A stretch of 64,000 nucleotides of DNA, taken from the IMG/VR virus record IMGVR_UViG_3300047375_000738. The stretch is one strand, 5' to 3'. Made by a program: the position numbers and the translations under genes. Source of the stretch: a virus. Taxonomy: Duplodnaviria > Caudoviricetes. Below, piece after piece: positions 8,327 through 18,345 of this stretch. Numbering within the stretch: position 1 is the first letter of the stretch; every line of letters starts with the position of its first letter. The notes under the pieces are model-generated. The model saw only the letters and a list, made by a program, of their open reading frames with translations, searched no databases and had not been told where the DNA came from.

Positions 8327-10246
8327 ATGTTTGATATTGTATTTGTAGGAACCAACGAAGAACAGTTTAACAAACTCAAGCAAAAAGTCTTTATTGCAAA
8401 AAAAGCCGATAGTGTTGAAAAAGCACAGCAAATTAGCCTAACTAAATTTCTTTGGATTGTGTATGACGATTTAGAAATTGCAAATGACTTTGAGTTTGAT
8501 TACACTCCTGACGACTGGAGTCAAGATGTTGCACATGTTTTTTTAAATGGCAAAGACTACGATGGTATATCTCTTATACCCAAGCATATAAAATTTAATG
8601 TAAAAGAAACACAGCATAGATTTTATGTACAAAGTAAAAAAGTTGAAGTACTAGCAAGTAATCCTGTTGCATATGATCATTTCTATGTAGATACATACGA
8701 AGAATATTTACATGCAATGCAAACATCAAAAACAGAAATGTTTTGGATAGATAGTCGTAATATTAAATCTACATTACCGGACATTTATTTTACACACCAC
8801 GACACATACAATCGAAAGGAAAATCATGCATTTATACATGATGTTAATGAGCGGAGAATATACAACGGCTTATTTTTATGTTCAAGACAAAAATCACTCA
8901 GTGAAAAAGAAATAAACTTTAGACATTTGGTAAGTCGTAAAGAATGGGATATAGTTGGTTCGACTGCAACAACTTATGATGTTTTTGAAATAGATACATA
9001 CGATGACTATTTGTATGCACTTGAAAATAGTAAAACAGAAATGTTTTGGATGAGTAGTGCAAATATTAGCGTTGACCTTCCTGATATATATTTTACACAT
9101 GACAATGCGTATGACAGAATGACTAACCACTCTTTCTTACACGTTAACAATAAACGCAATGGTTTGTTTTTGTTGTCAAAGCACAAGCAAGTGACCAAGC
9201 GAGAAATAGAGCACCGGCACATAGTTGGTTGTAAAGAATGGGATATAGTCGGTAGTGGACCGATTGAGTATGCAAAGTACTATCCTAAAGTATACGAAGA
9301 CTATCTTGATGCGTTACAAAATTCGCCCACTGAAATGTTTTGGATTATTCCACCTTATGTAAATCCAACAGCACGTTTTGCATTTGACACTTACTTTACA
9401 CACGATCAAACATATGACAGAAAAATTAACCATGCATATCTTAATGGAAAGTATCATGACGGCATAGTATTGTGTAGTAAGAACGGCAAGTTTAGTAGGC
9501 GAGAGTTTGACTATAAGTTTATTGCAAACAAAAAAGAAGTAAACATTGCAATTAGTACACCCAAGCCATATGATATAGTTTTTATTAGTTACCAAGAACC
9601 AAATGCTGATGAAAATTATGAACGTATACTTCAACGCTTTCCTCGATGTAAACGTGTACATGGAGTAAAAGGTATCCACCAAGCACATATTGCAGGCGCA
9701 AAATTATGCAACACAGAGTTGTTTTGGATTATTGATGGAGATGCAACTATTGTAGATGACTTTAACTTTGATTACCAAGTTGCACGTTGGGACAAAGAAA
9801 TGGTACATGTATGGCGCAGTCAAAATCCAATCAATGATATGGTATATGGGTATGGCGGTGTAAAACTATTTCCAACTGACTTGACTATCAATATGGATAC
9901 TAGCAAGCCTGACATGACAACTAGTATTAGTACTAAGTTCAAAGCAGTGCATGACATAAGCAACATTACTGCATTCAATACAGATGCATTTAATAGTTTT
10001 AAAAGTGCATTTAGAGAATGTACAAAACTTAGTAGTAAAGTAATTGATAGGCAAAAGAACGAAGAAACAGAAGAACGTTTGCGTATTTGGACAACAGTAG
10101 GAAAAGATCGTCCTTATGGAGAGGATGCTATTAGAGGTGCAAGAGAAGGCGCAGCATATGGCATGGCCAATCAAGGCAACACCGAAGCTCTCAAAAAGAT
10201 AAACGACTTTGATTGGTTAAAGGAGCAATTTGATGGAAACATTTGA
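8327..10246 (+). CDS. Modular glycosyltransferase (GT-A/GT2-like) with internal tandem repeats
   Basis: Start reassigned from 8138 to 8327 on promoter position. C-terminal YDIVFISY...GIHQAH...FWIIDGDA (DxD) domain preceded by about 93-aa repeats containing TEMFW and KEWDIVGS. Confidence 0.7.
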   Translation: MFDIVFVGTNEEQFNKLKQKVFIAKKADSVEKAQQISLTKFLWIVYDDLEIANDFEFDYTPDDWSQDVAHVFLNGKDYDGISLIPKHIKFNVKETQHRFYVQSKKVEVLASNPVAYDHFYVDTYEEYLHAMQTSKTEMFWIDSRNIKSTLPDIYFTHHDTYNRKENHAFIHDVNERRIYNGLFLCSRQKSLSEKEINFRHLVSRKEWDIVGSTATTYDVFEIDTYDDYLYALENSKTEMFWMSSANISVDLPDIYFTHDNAYDRMTNHSFLHVNNKRNGLFLLSKHKQVTKREIEHRHIVGCKEWDIVGSGPIEYAKYYPKVYEDYLDALQNSPTEMFWIIPPYVNPTARFAFDTYFTHDQTYDRKINHAYLNGKYHDGIVLCSKNGKFSRREFDYKFIANKKEVNIAISTPKPYDIVFISYQEPNADENYERILQRFPRCKRVHGVKGIHQAHIAGAKLCNTELFWIIDGDATIVDDFNFDYQVARWDKEMVHVWRSQNPINDMVYGYGGVKLFPTDLTINMDTSKPDMTTSISTKFKAVHDISNITAFNTDAFNSFKSAFRECTKLSSKVIDRQKNEETEERLRIWTTVGKDRPYGEDAIRGAREGAAYGMANQGNTEALKKINDFDWLKEQFDGNI

Positions 10247-11198
10247 ATTACTAGATAGATTTGAATTACTCTATCCGACTAATTCAAAGTTATCAGATCT
10301 ACGCAGAGTATATATTGATCATGATTTAAGTAGTTTATTTAGATTGTTAAATGCAGATGAAGAATTGCGCAAAGCAATAATGGAAGAAAACTTGCACAGT
10401 ATTTTTAGAACTATAGATAGTCACGATACTGAAGATCTACGCAAAGCTGTTATAGAAAAAAATTTACATAGCATTTTTAGAATTCTTGGTGATGATGATT
10501 TGCGCAAACTTGTATTAGAAGATAACATATATAAGTTATGGCCAATTCTTGATAGATATGTAAATACACAATTTACAGCAGCCTTTAAAAACTTTTTTGT
10601 AAACGAAACAGAAATATGGAATGATTGTTTTAGTAGAGGGCAGCTAGAAAGTAAATTATGGCTAGTAAATGAACTTGACAAGTTGGATGTAGAACTAGGA
10701 ACAGTGTTTTTATGTGCAGGATGGTATGCTACACTTGCAGTAATGTTATTTGAAAGTAACATTAAGTTAGATAATGTTAGATCTTTCGACATAGATCCAA
10801 GATGTGTAGATATTGCAGAAGTGTTTAACAAGCCTTGGGTAATGAAAGATTGGAAATTTAAATCATCAATACAAGACATATATAATATAAATTATAATCA
10901 ACATACATATGCTGTCAAACGCAGCGACGGTAGTCAGGTAAATTTAACAGACTCTCCTAATACTGTTATAAACACAAGTTGCGAACATATTGAAAACTTT
11001 GAAGAATGGTATGCAAAGATTCCTACTGGTAAATTAGTTGTATTACAAAGTAATAATTATTATGAAGTGCAAGAACATGTTAATTGTGTTAGAAGTATAG
11101 AAGAGTTTGCAGTAAAAGCACCTATGAATAATATTTTATATAGTGGCGAATTAGAACTGCCCAAGTACAAGAGGTTTATGTTAATTGGATATAAGTAA
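10233..11198 (+). CDS. Class I SAM-dependent methyltransferase-like protein with N-terminal helical repeats
   Basis: VFLCAGWYATLA motif I variant, SFDIDP motif II, VINTSCEH; N-terminal repeats DLRKAV/IxExNLHSIFR. Confidence 0.65.
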   Translation: METFELLDRFELLYPTNSKLSDLRRVYIDHDLSSLFRLLNADEELRKAIMEENLHSIFRTIDSHDTEDLRKAVIEKNLHSIFRILGDDDLRKLVLEDNIYKLWPILDRYVNTQFTAAFKNFFVNETEIWNDCFSRGQLESKLWLVNELDKLDVELGTVFLCAGWYATLAVMLFESNIKLDNVRSFDIDPRCVDIAEVFNKPWVMKDWKFKSSIQDIYNINYNQHTYAVKRSDGSQVNLTDSPNTVINTSCEHIENFEEWYAKIPTGKLVVLQSNNYYEVQEHVNCVRSIEEFAVKAPMNNILYSGELELPKYKRFMLIGYK

Positions 11199-11415
11199 TT
11201 TAACACTAAGAGAAATGCAACTAGAAAGTGCTAGAGCATTAAGCACCATGGAAGCTACTAACAATAACATATGGATGTTCAATAAAGAAGCACATCATAA
11301 CAGTCATAACTGGTACTTGGCAGTTGTGCATTGGTATATTAATGAGTATGGTGATCTGCCTAGCAAAACAGGACCTGGTAAAGAAGTAAAGTTGGTATTA
11401 GATGATAGTAGATAA
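11185..11415 (+). CDS. Hypothetical protein
   Basis: 76-aa ORF overlapping both neighbours in the same operon. Confidence 0.65.
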   Translation: MDISNLTLREMQLESARALSTMEATNNNIWMFNKEAHHNSHNWYLAVVHWYINEYGDLPSKTGPGKEVKLVLDDSR

Positions 11416-12124
11416 TTTGCCATTTTTTGCAGTAAGGGACTCAGAAGAATACACCTTTGAATCTAGAAGTGAAAAACAAAATTGGAAAAAATTAAAAAAA
11501 TCATTAGGCCCTGCATGGAAATATTATGACTCTAAAACATATCCTATTGTTACAACAATTAACAAACTAGGGTATAGGAGTAAAACAGTTTATCCTACTG
11601 ACGAATACTATGTTGCACTAGGATGTAGTAATACATTTGGACAATATCTGCATGAAGAAGACCGATACAGTAATATTATCGAAAGAAAAACAGGTATACC
11701 CGTTATTAATTTAGGAATATGCGGCGGATCATCTACTTGTGTATTTACAAATTTGATCAAGTTACTGTTTAGCAAATACCCTAATCCGAAAGCAGCAATT
11801 ATACAATGGCCAGAGCAAAATAGAATATCTTTGCATGGTGAAAAGGGAATTGATGTAGTACATGCACGAATTCCTGATCAATCTGTATTTGAGTTTTTTG
11901 TAAAAGATAATAGTCTAGAAGTAATGTCTAAATTTTTCTATGACTTAACGCACAAAATATGCGATATACCTATTATTGAATTTGCATTAAATGATTGGGT
12001 AGCTGATTTTTATGGAGTGGATGAAATTGCTCGAGTAGATAAAGCAAGAGATAATCGGCACTGTGGTACAAAAACTAATGAAGCAATTGCTAAGTACACA
12101 TTAAAGAGATTAGAAAATGTATAA
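11402..12124 (+). CDS. SGNH/GDSL hydrolase-like protein
   Basis: ALGCSNTFG (block I), NLGICGGS (block II), DNRHCG (DxxH block V). Confidence 0.65.
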   Translation: MIVDNLPFFAVRDSEEYTFESRSEKQNWKKLKKSLGPAWKYYDSKTYPIVTTINKLGYRSKTVYPTDEYYVALGCSNTFGQYLHEEDRYSNIIERKTGIPVINLGICGGSSTCVFTNLIKLLFSKYPNPKAAIIQWPEQNRISLHGEKGIDVVHARIPDQSVFEFFVKDNSLEVMSKFFYDLTHKICDIPIIEFALNDWVADFYGVDEIARVDKARDNRHCGTKTNEAIAKYTLKRLENV

Positions 12125-13196
12125 CTATAAAGATATTAAAACAATTCATTTAGAAAACACACAGAACTGTCAAGCTAGTTGTCCAATGTGTGATCGCAAT
12201 CAAAACGGCGGTGCAGTAAATCCACATATTGATCTCAGTGAACTTACACTTGAAGATTGTAAACGTATTTTTGAGCCAGAATTTATTAAGCAGTTAAAAA
12301 CAATATATATGTGTGGTAACTTGGGTGATCCTATTGTTGCAAGAGACACATTAGAAATATTCCGTTACTTTAGAGAGCATAACAAAGACATGTGGCTGAG
12401 TATGAATACTAATGCAGGAGCAAGAGATGAAGCGTGGTGGAGTGAATTGGCCCAAGTCTTTGGTAGAATGGGCACTGTTATTTTCAGTGTGGACGGTCTT
12501 AGTGACACTAATCATATTTACAGGCAGGGTGTTAGCTGGGATGCAGTAGAACGGGCTATGAAAAGTTTTATTGCTGCTGGCGGTAGAGCTCGTTGGGACT
12601 TTTTGATCTTTGAACACAATCAGCATCAAGTAGATGAAGCAGAAGCACTCAGCAAAGAGATGGGCTTTGAAAGGTTTCAAGCAAAGAAAACTGGAAGATT
12701 TGTTACTGCTAAAACTGAAAAGAAAGAATCGCATCAAGCAGTTGACAAAAAGGGCAACAAAACTGCCGAACTTAAAAAACCAGATGAAAAATATCTCAAC
12801 AAAGCACTAAGCAAACAGGATGCACTGTTAGAAAAATACGGTAGCATGGATGCATACTATGATGTTGTACCTATCAACTGCAAAGTAAAAGATGAAGGCA
12901 ACTTGTTTATTACAGCAGAAGGATTGGCACTTCCTTGTTGCTGGACTGCTGGAAGAATGTACAAGTGGTGGAACAAAGATTATAGACAAGAACAGATATG
13001 GGATTTTATAGATGCTGTTGGAGGCAAAGATGCGTTGAATGCAAAAACACACGGCTTGAAAGCAGTATTTGAAACAGGCATCTTTGATGATATTGAACGC
13101 AGTTGGAACAAATCAAGTTGTGCTGATGGTAAACTTAAAGTGTGTAGCATGAAATGCGGAATCGAGTTTGATCCTTTTGCAGAACAGTTCAAATAA
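12117..13196 (+). CDS. Radical SAM protein with C-terminal twitch/SPASM Cys domain
   Basis: CQASCPMC; GNLGDP; C-terminal C...PCC...CSMKC. Confidence 0.9.
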   Translation: MYNYKDIKTIHLENTQNCQASCPMCDRNQNGGAVNPHIDLSELTLEDCKRIFEPEFIKQLKTIYMCGNLGDPIVARDTLEIFRYFREHNKDMWLSMNTNAGARDEAWWSELAQVFGRMGTVIFSVDGLSDTNHIYRQGVSWDAVERAMKSFIAAGGRARWDFLIFEHNQHQVDEAEALSKEMGFERFQAKKTGRFVTAKTEKKESHQAVDKKGNKTAELKKPDEKYLNKALSKQDALLEKYGSMDAYYDVVPINCKVKDEGNLFITAEGLALPCCWTAGRMYKWWNKDYRQEQIWDFIDAVGGKDALNAKTHGLKAVFETGIFDDIERSWNKSSCADGKLKVCSMKCGIEFDPFAEQFK

Positions 13197-13206
13197 GTAT
13201 TATATA

Positions 13207-13758
13207 ATGGAAAATCTAACTACCTATAAAAGTAATAAAAAATTTTTAGAAGAAAGGTACAATCTAATAGCCAGTGGCACTAATAAAAAAGTTTATTACA
13301 ACGGTAATAATAATATTGTTTTCAAACTATTTGAAAATCCTAATATATTGGAAGGCGAAATAGTAAGATACCAAATACTAATTGAGAACAATATAAACTT
13401 TTTTACACCAAAATTAAAAATTGTTAATAAATTTGTTTGTGTAAGTCAATTTGCTGCACCAATAAAATTAAAAGATAACCACCGAGTTGCTTACAATTAT
13501 AATATAGCTATTATGGATCCTCAACTTGTATTTCTCAAAACAGATCCAATTAAAAACACAATGTGGAAGAATGTTTGCAATGAAACAGTAGATAGTAAAG
13601 GACTTACTCCTATCTATAATTGGGGAATTAGGAATAACAAAATATTGCTTTTAGATATAGAAACAATTTTGCATAATAAGGTAGTTGATTTTTTCAAGGA
13701 TAGTCAAATTATTGATAAATTTAGAGAAGTAATGCGAGCAGATCAATACTATGAATAA
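13207..13758 (+). CDS. Hypothetical kinase-like protein (very AT-rich)
   Basis: ASGTNKKVY...VFKLF...EGE...NWG...LLDIE resembles a kinase lobe. Start reassigned to ATG 13207, 7 nt after ATAAGTA (13193-13199). Confidence 0.4.
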   Translation: MENLTTYKSNKKFLEERYNLIASGTNKKVYYNGNNNIVFKLFENPNILEGEIVRYQILIENNINFFTPKLKIVNKFVCVSQFAAPIKLKDNHRVAYNYNIAIMDPQLVFLKTDPIKNTMWKNVCNETVDSKGLTPIYNWGIRNNKILLLDIETILHNKVVDFFKDSQIIDKFREVMRADQYYE

Positions 13759-15157
13759 TAAAGTAAGTGATACATTTTGTTTATTACCCTGGGTGCATCT
13801 AAGCACAAGACCAGATGGTAGTATGCGAGTATGTTGTACAGCAAATGCAAGTTCAGTTGGCCCTACCAACGATAAAGCACACGGCGGGCAAGTAGGTATT
13901 CTTAAAGATGATGAAGGAAGACCTAACAACTTAAACGTTAGTGATTTTCAAACAGCATGGAATAGCGAGTATATGAAAAATGTTCGCAAGCAAATGCTCA
14001 ACGGAGAAAAGCCGCCAAGTTGCTTGAAGTGCTACAAAGAAGAAGCTGCTGGACATCGCAGCAAACGCATGTGGGAAACACACTATTGGAGTGAGCGTGT
14101 AGATGTAGATAAAATACTACAAGAAACAAACGAGGACGGCAGTGTTCCGCCTAACTTAGCATATATTGATTTGCGGTTTGGCACAAAGTGTCAGTTAGCA
14201 TGTGTAATGTGTAGTCCACATGACAGTAGTGGCTGGATAAAGGATTATAAAAAGATTTTTCCTGAAGTAAAAAATGAATCACTCAAAGAGATTATGCAGT
14301 GGGACAACAAAGGCAGCACTAATGGCAGTAGTTATAATTGGCACAAGCAAAATCCTGTATTCTGGCAACAGTTTTATGAACAGATGCCTAGTATGCAACA
14401 AATTTATTTTGCTGGTGGTGAAAGTCTTATTATTGAAGAACACTATGAAATACTTGAACATGCAATTAAAATGGGTTATGCAAAAGATCTTGAACTGCGA
14501 TATAACTCAAACGGAGTTGAGTGGAGAGAGGATTTATTTGATCTGTGGAAAGAATTCAAATTAGTACGATTCCACTATTCAATAGACAGCATTAAAGAGA
14601 TGAACGATTACATTCGTTATCCAAGTGAATGGAAACGACAAGAAGAAGTATTTCACATTCTTGATACACAAACTACAGATAATGTTGAAATCACTATAGC
14701 GTGTGCAGTACAAGCACTTAATGTATATTACTTGCCAGACTTTATTCAATGGAAGCTAGAGAAGAAGTTTAAAAAGATTAACATGTGGCCATTTGGCGCA
14801 GGCGGTATTAGTCAGCACTTTGTATATTGGCCTGCACATCTAAATGTCAAGAGCTTGCCTGCAGACTTCAAAGCTAAGTGCAGAGCAAAATACGAAGCAT
14901 GGTATCCCTGGTGGGAAGCTAATTGGGAGCTAGGTATTCCGGATTGGCACAAAGGTAAAGTAGAGTACGAACAGTGGCGAAGTGCTGAATATGGTATTAA
15001 AAGACTAAATGGTATTCTCAGTTTTATGGAAAGCGAAGACTGGAGCCAACGCTTGCCCGAGATGAAAGAGTTTTTAGGATTATGTGATCGGCAACGTGGA
15101 AACAGTTTCGATGAAACATTTCCAGAGATGAAAGATATTTTTAAGGATATAGAATGA
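13751..15157 (+). CDS. Radical SAM protein with N-terminal twitch-like domain
   Basis: FCLLPW...RVCC...CLKC N-terminal domain; CQLACVMC; AGGESL. Confidence 0.9.
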   Translation: MNNKVSDTFCLLPWVHLSTRPDGSMRVCCTANASSVGPTNDKAHGGQVGILKDDEGRPNNLNVSDFQTAWNSEYMKNVRKQMLNGEKPPSCLKCYKEEAAGHRSKRMWETHYWSERVDVDKILQETNEDGSVPPNLAYIDLRFGTKCQLACVMCSPHDSSGWIKDYKKIFPEVKNESLKEIMQWDNKGSTNGSSYNWHKQNPVFWQQFYEQMPSMQQIYFAGGESLIIEEHYEILEHAIKMGYAKDLELRYNSNGVEWREDLFDLWKEFKLVRFHYSIDSIKEMNDYIRYPSEWKRQEEVFHILDTQTTDNVEITIACAVQALNVYYLPDFIQWKLEKKFKKINMWPFGAGGISQHFVYWPAHLNVKSLPADFKAKCRAKYEAWYPWWEANWELGIPDWHKGKVEYEQWRSAEYGIKRLNGILSFMESEDWSQRLPEMKEFLGLCDRQRGNSFDETFPEMKDIFKDIE

Positions 15158-16500
15158 GTAAATGTACTTTTTGTCCGCTGCCGTGGAATAGCATAAATCT
15201 ACGTAATAATGGTGACCTAAGGATTTGCTGTAATACAAATAGTTACAGTCCGCAGCGTGGTATTATGCGCAAAGAAAATGGCACTCCATACAATGCTGGC
15301 AAAGACGATTGGAACGAAGCAAGAAATGCTGAATTACTCAAAGAAGTGCGAGCTAGTATGTTAAAAGGAGAATGGCATCCTGAATGCGAACGTTGTAGAC
15401 AAGAAGAAAAAAACGGAATACGCAGCCGCCGAGAGTACGAAAACGAAGACTGGGGTAAGTGGTTTGGAGATGTTAGTCTAGAAAAAATGGCACCTATCAC
15501 ACAAGAAGACGGAACAATAGATACAAGCAAACAAGATATAGAGTTTATTGATATAAGATACGGAAACTTTTGCAACCTTAAATGTAGAATGTGCGGTCCT
15601 ACTGACAGTCACACATGGTATGACGACTTTGTTAAACTACATGGTAGAACACATTACAAAGATACTCACGATAAAATTCAATTAACAAAAAATGCAAAAG
15701 GTCGTTGGAGCACAGATCAATATGATTGGTTTCAAAACAGCAATAGATATTGGGACAACTTTGAAAAGTATGCACCAAACAGCAAAAAAATATACATTGT
15801 TGGTGGAGAACCTTTAATTATTGATGAACACACTGAAAGTTTAGAAAGACTTGTTGCAAGTGGCAAGTCAAAAAATGTAAGATTGGAGTACAACACAAAT
15901 CTAACCATGGTACCTAATAAACTTGTACACTTATGGGAGCAGTTTAAACAGGTAAGAATTGGAGTAAGCATTGATGGCGTGGGAGATGTATTTGACTATC
16001 AAAGAACTCCAGCTAAATGGAGTGCTGTATATCGCAATATGCAAAAGCTAGAAGAAGCAGATATAAATCTCAAAGCATGGTATGCATTTACAGTAACACC
16101 TTATAATGTGTTTCATTTTCCTGAATTTATGAAATGGAAATTAGAAGATAGCGGATTAGATAGTTACAATCCTATTACTGGTCCTCGTCCTATTGTAACA
16201 CATCATATGTGTCATAGTCCTAAGTATTTTAATGTAAAAGTTTTACCACCTGAGCTAAAGGCACAAGTTTCAGAATATTATAAAATCTTTAGAGAATGGA
16301 TTAGAACTACTGAATACAGCGACCATATAAAACAAAACTTTGAAAAACTACTTGACGGAGTTGAAAAATTTATGTTAAGTGAAGACTACAGTGAAGAATG
16401 GTTAGGTCATTTTGTTGATCAAACAAAAAAACTAGACGAAATACGAAATCAAAATGTATTAGATATTGTACCACAATACAAGGATTTATTTAATGGATAG
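15154..16500 (+). CDS. Radical SAM protein with N-terminal twitch-like domain
   Basis: FCPLPW...RICC...CERC; CNLKCRMC; VGGEPL; ATGA overlap with the previous gene. Confidence 0.9.
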   Translation: MSKCTFCPLPWNSINLRNNGDLRICCNTNSYSPQRGIMRKENGTPYNAGKDDWNEARNAELLKEVRASMLKGEWHPECERCRQEEKNGIRSRREYENEDWGKWFGDVSLEKMAPITQEDGTIDTSKQDIEFIDIRYGNFCNLKCRMCGPTDSHTWYDDFVKLHGRTHYKDTHDKIQLTKNAKGRWSTDQYDWFQNSNRYWDNFEKYAPNSKKIYIVGGEPLIIDEHTESLERLVASGKSKNVRLEYNTNLTMVPNKLVHLWEQFKQVRIGVSIDGVGDVFDYQRTPAKWSAVYRNMQKLEEADINLKAWYAFTVTPYNVFHFPEFMKWKLEDSGLDSYNPITGPRPIVTHHMCHSPKYFNVKVLPPELKAQVSEYYKIFREWIRTTEYSDHIKQNFEKLLDGVEKFMLSEDYSEEWLGHFVDQTKKLDEIRNQNVLDIVPQYKDLFNG

Positions 16501-17650
16501 CTTCTGTCCTTATATCGACAAGGCATTAAGATTTGAGTTTAGCACAAATCAAGACAATGATCTAGTTTTTAGGACTAGACCTTGTTGTCATATGCATGGA
16601 GGAAAGTTTGATAACCAGTATAAGAAATGGCAAGTTTGTAATACATGGCAAGACTTAGAATCTCACGACAATAGATTATATTTTTTAGATTGGCAAAAAA
16701 ATACTGACAAATTGCACGATGCATGTCATCCTTGTATAGAAGTAGAAAAACATAACCCTACAAAAAGTCCTAGATTTATTTTTCCTAAAGAAACTGTGCT
16801 AGACTATCATATTTTAGATGTTGTAGTTGGCAACACTTGTAATTTAGCCTGTCCTTTTTGTGCTCCAAATGTTAGTAGCCTTATAGAAAAAATTACATCG
16901 GGTTATAAAGATAGATCTAAACTTCCTGGTAAATGGAGTCACGATCCTGAAGTAAATGGCAATCCTTCTAAGGTTGCTAAAGTAGTTGCAGATTTTTTAA
17001 AAAATAGGAATATAGGCGAACTTAAAATTATTGGCGGCGAACCTCTATTGGCAGAAAACTGGACAGAAATAGGCAAAGTTATAGATCAAGGATTGTGTTC
17101 TGACACAACACTTGTATTTACTACAAATGGTACAGTAATGAATGAAAAGATTATCAAAAATTTAAAACAGGTAAAAGATTCTAAAGTAACAGTGAGCATA
17201 GATAGTATAGGGTCTAACTATGACTTTATCCGTTGGCCTTATAAGTACAACAAGGTGCAACAAAATGTAGATTACCTTATCGATCAAAAACCAAATAGCA
17301 CATGGGTAAATGTTGATGGCTTAGTCACTATAATTAATTTTGAATTTTTACCTGATATTATAGAAGAGTTTAAACGTTGGCCGAGTTTTAGTTTTATGTT
17401 TGATTTAAAACCAGATGGTAGTGAACTTGATTATAAGGTTTTATCAAAGGATATCATTAATCAAGTTTATAAAAATATAAATTTTGATAATGTAAAAAAA
17501 CAATTAGAATTTACATTAGATAACTACGACGATCTAAATATGAGTTATTTAAAATCCAAGACTAAAAATAGTTTAGAATGGTTTTTAAAACAACGCAGAA
17601 TGGATAAAACTGTCTTAGGAGAAAATACTTTAAAGTATTTAGGCATGTAG
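16493..17650 (+). CDS. Radical SAM protein with N-terminal twitch-like domain
   Basis: FCPY...RPCC...CHPC; CNLACPFC; IGGEPL. Start reassigned to ATG 16493. Confidence 0.88.
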   Translation: MDSFCPYIDKALRFEFSTNQDNDLVFRTRPCCHMHGGKFDNQYKKWQVCNTWQDLESHDNRLYFLDWQKNTDKLHDACHPCIEVEKHNPTKSPRFIFPKETVLDYHILDVVVGNTCNLACPFCAPNVSSLIEKITSGYKDRSKLPGKWSHDPEVNGNPSKVAKVVADFLKNRNIGELKIIGGEPLLAENWTEIGKVIDQGLCSDTTLVFTTNGTVMNEKIIKNLKQVKDSKVTVSIDSIGSNYDFIRWPYKYNKVQQNVDYLIDQKPNSTWVNVDGLVTIINFEFLPDIIEEFKRWPSFSFMFDLKPDGSELDYKVLSKDIINQVYKNINFDNVKKQLEFTLDNYDDLNMSYLKSKTKNSLEWFLKQRRMDKTVLGENTLKYLGM

Positions 17651-18319
17651 TTTGTAACTATTCCATAATCTATCGGGCCACGTTGTACCTTTTTTTCCGT
17701 GTACAATCAAATGATATCTATCATCGTTACTATTATTGTACACACAATGTTTATTATAAAGATTAAGCATAATAACACTTCCTTGTTGAAAAGGTAGATA
17801 TCCTATATCTTCCATATAAAACTTGCAATCTTCTGGGTTGTTTAACGCAATATTAATAGGACCTAATCTTGCTTCGTCTAAATCAAATACATCTTGATGT
17901 AAATCTATATAACCACCTGGACGCAATTTCATAATTCTTATTCTGTCATACAAGTTGTACCCAAATGACTTTTTAAAAAAACGTGTTATTGTTGGACAGA
18001 AGTTACTTATATCAGTCCATTTATAAGGCGCATTGTTTCTATCAGGAAATCCATACCGAGAATGATGATCAGTGTGTACACTACTTAATCCATGTATACA
18101 TAAACTTTGCCACCCATCACTTTCTTTTGCTCTATGTGTAACATATTGATCGCTTAATGATTTAGCTTCTTTTAGCATTTTCTCCCATTTAGCATTTTCA
18201 AATCCTGCTATAGGAAGAAACGGTATGTTCTTTGCCTTATACAATTTATCGATGCTATCGATGTTTTTATCATATACTTGTTTTGCAGGATAGTTGTATT
18301 GTTCGATAAATTTATCCAT
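17639..18319 (-). CDS. Aspartyl/asparaginyl beta-hydroxylase-like Fe/2OG oxygenase
   Basis: RIRIMKLRPGGYIDLHQD...HCVYN...RYHLIVHG. Confidence 0.8.
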   Translation of the reverse strand: MDKFIEQYNYPAKQVYDKNIDSIDKLYKAKNIPFLPIAGFENAKWEKMLKEAKSLSDQYVTHRAKESDGWQSLCIHGLSSVHTDHHSRYGFPDRNNAPYKWTDISNFCPTITRFFKKSFGYNLYDRIRIMKLRPGGYIDLHQDVFDLDEARLGPINIALNNPEDCKFYMEDIGYLPFQQGSVIMLNLYNKHCVYNNSNDDRYHLIVHGKKGTTWPDRLWNSYKLHA

Positions 18320-18332
18320 TGTAAGATCCTTT

Positions 18333-18340
18333 TATAAATA
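18333..18340 (+). promoter_or_regulatory. T4-type late promoter TATAAATA, leaderless
   Basis: Exact TATAAATA, 5 nt before ATG 18346. Confidence 0.6.
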
Positions 18341-18345
18341 TAAAC

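Noticed and set aside
11185-11415. Small ORF as RiPP precursor for the radical SAM island
   Set aside because: No leader/core bipartition, Cys/Ser/Thr-rich core or repeated cores; it looks like an ordinary small globular protein.
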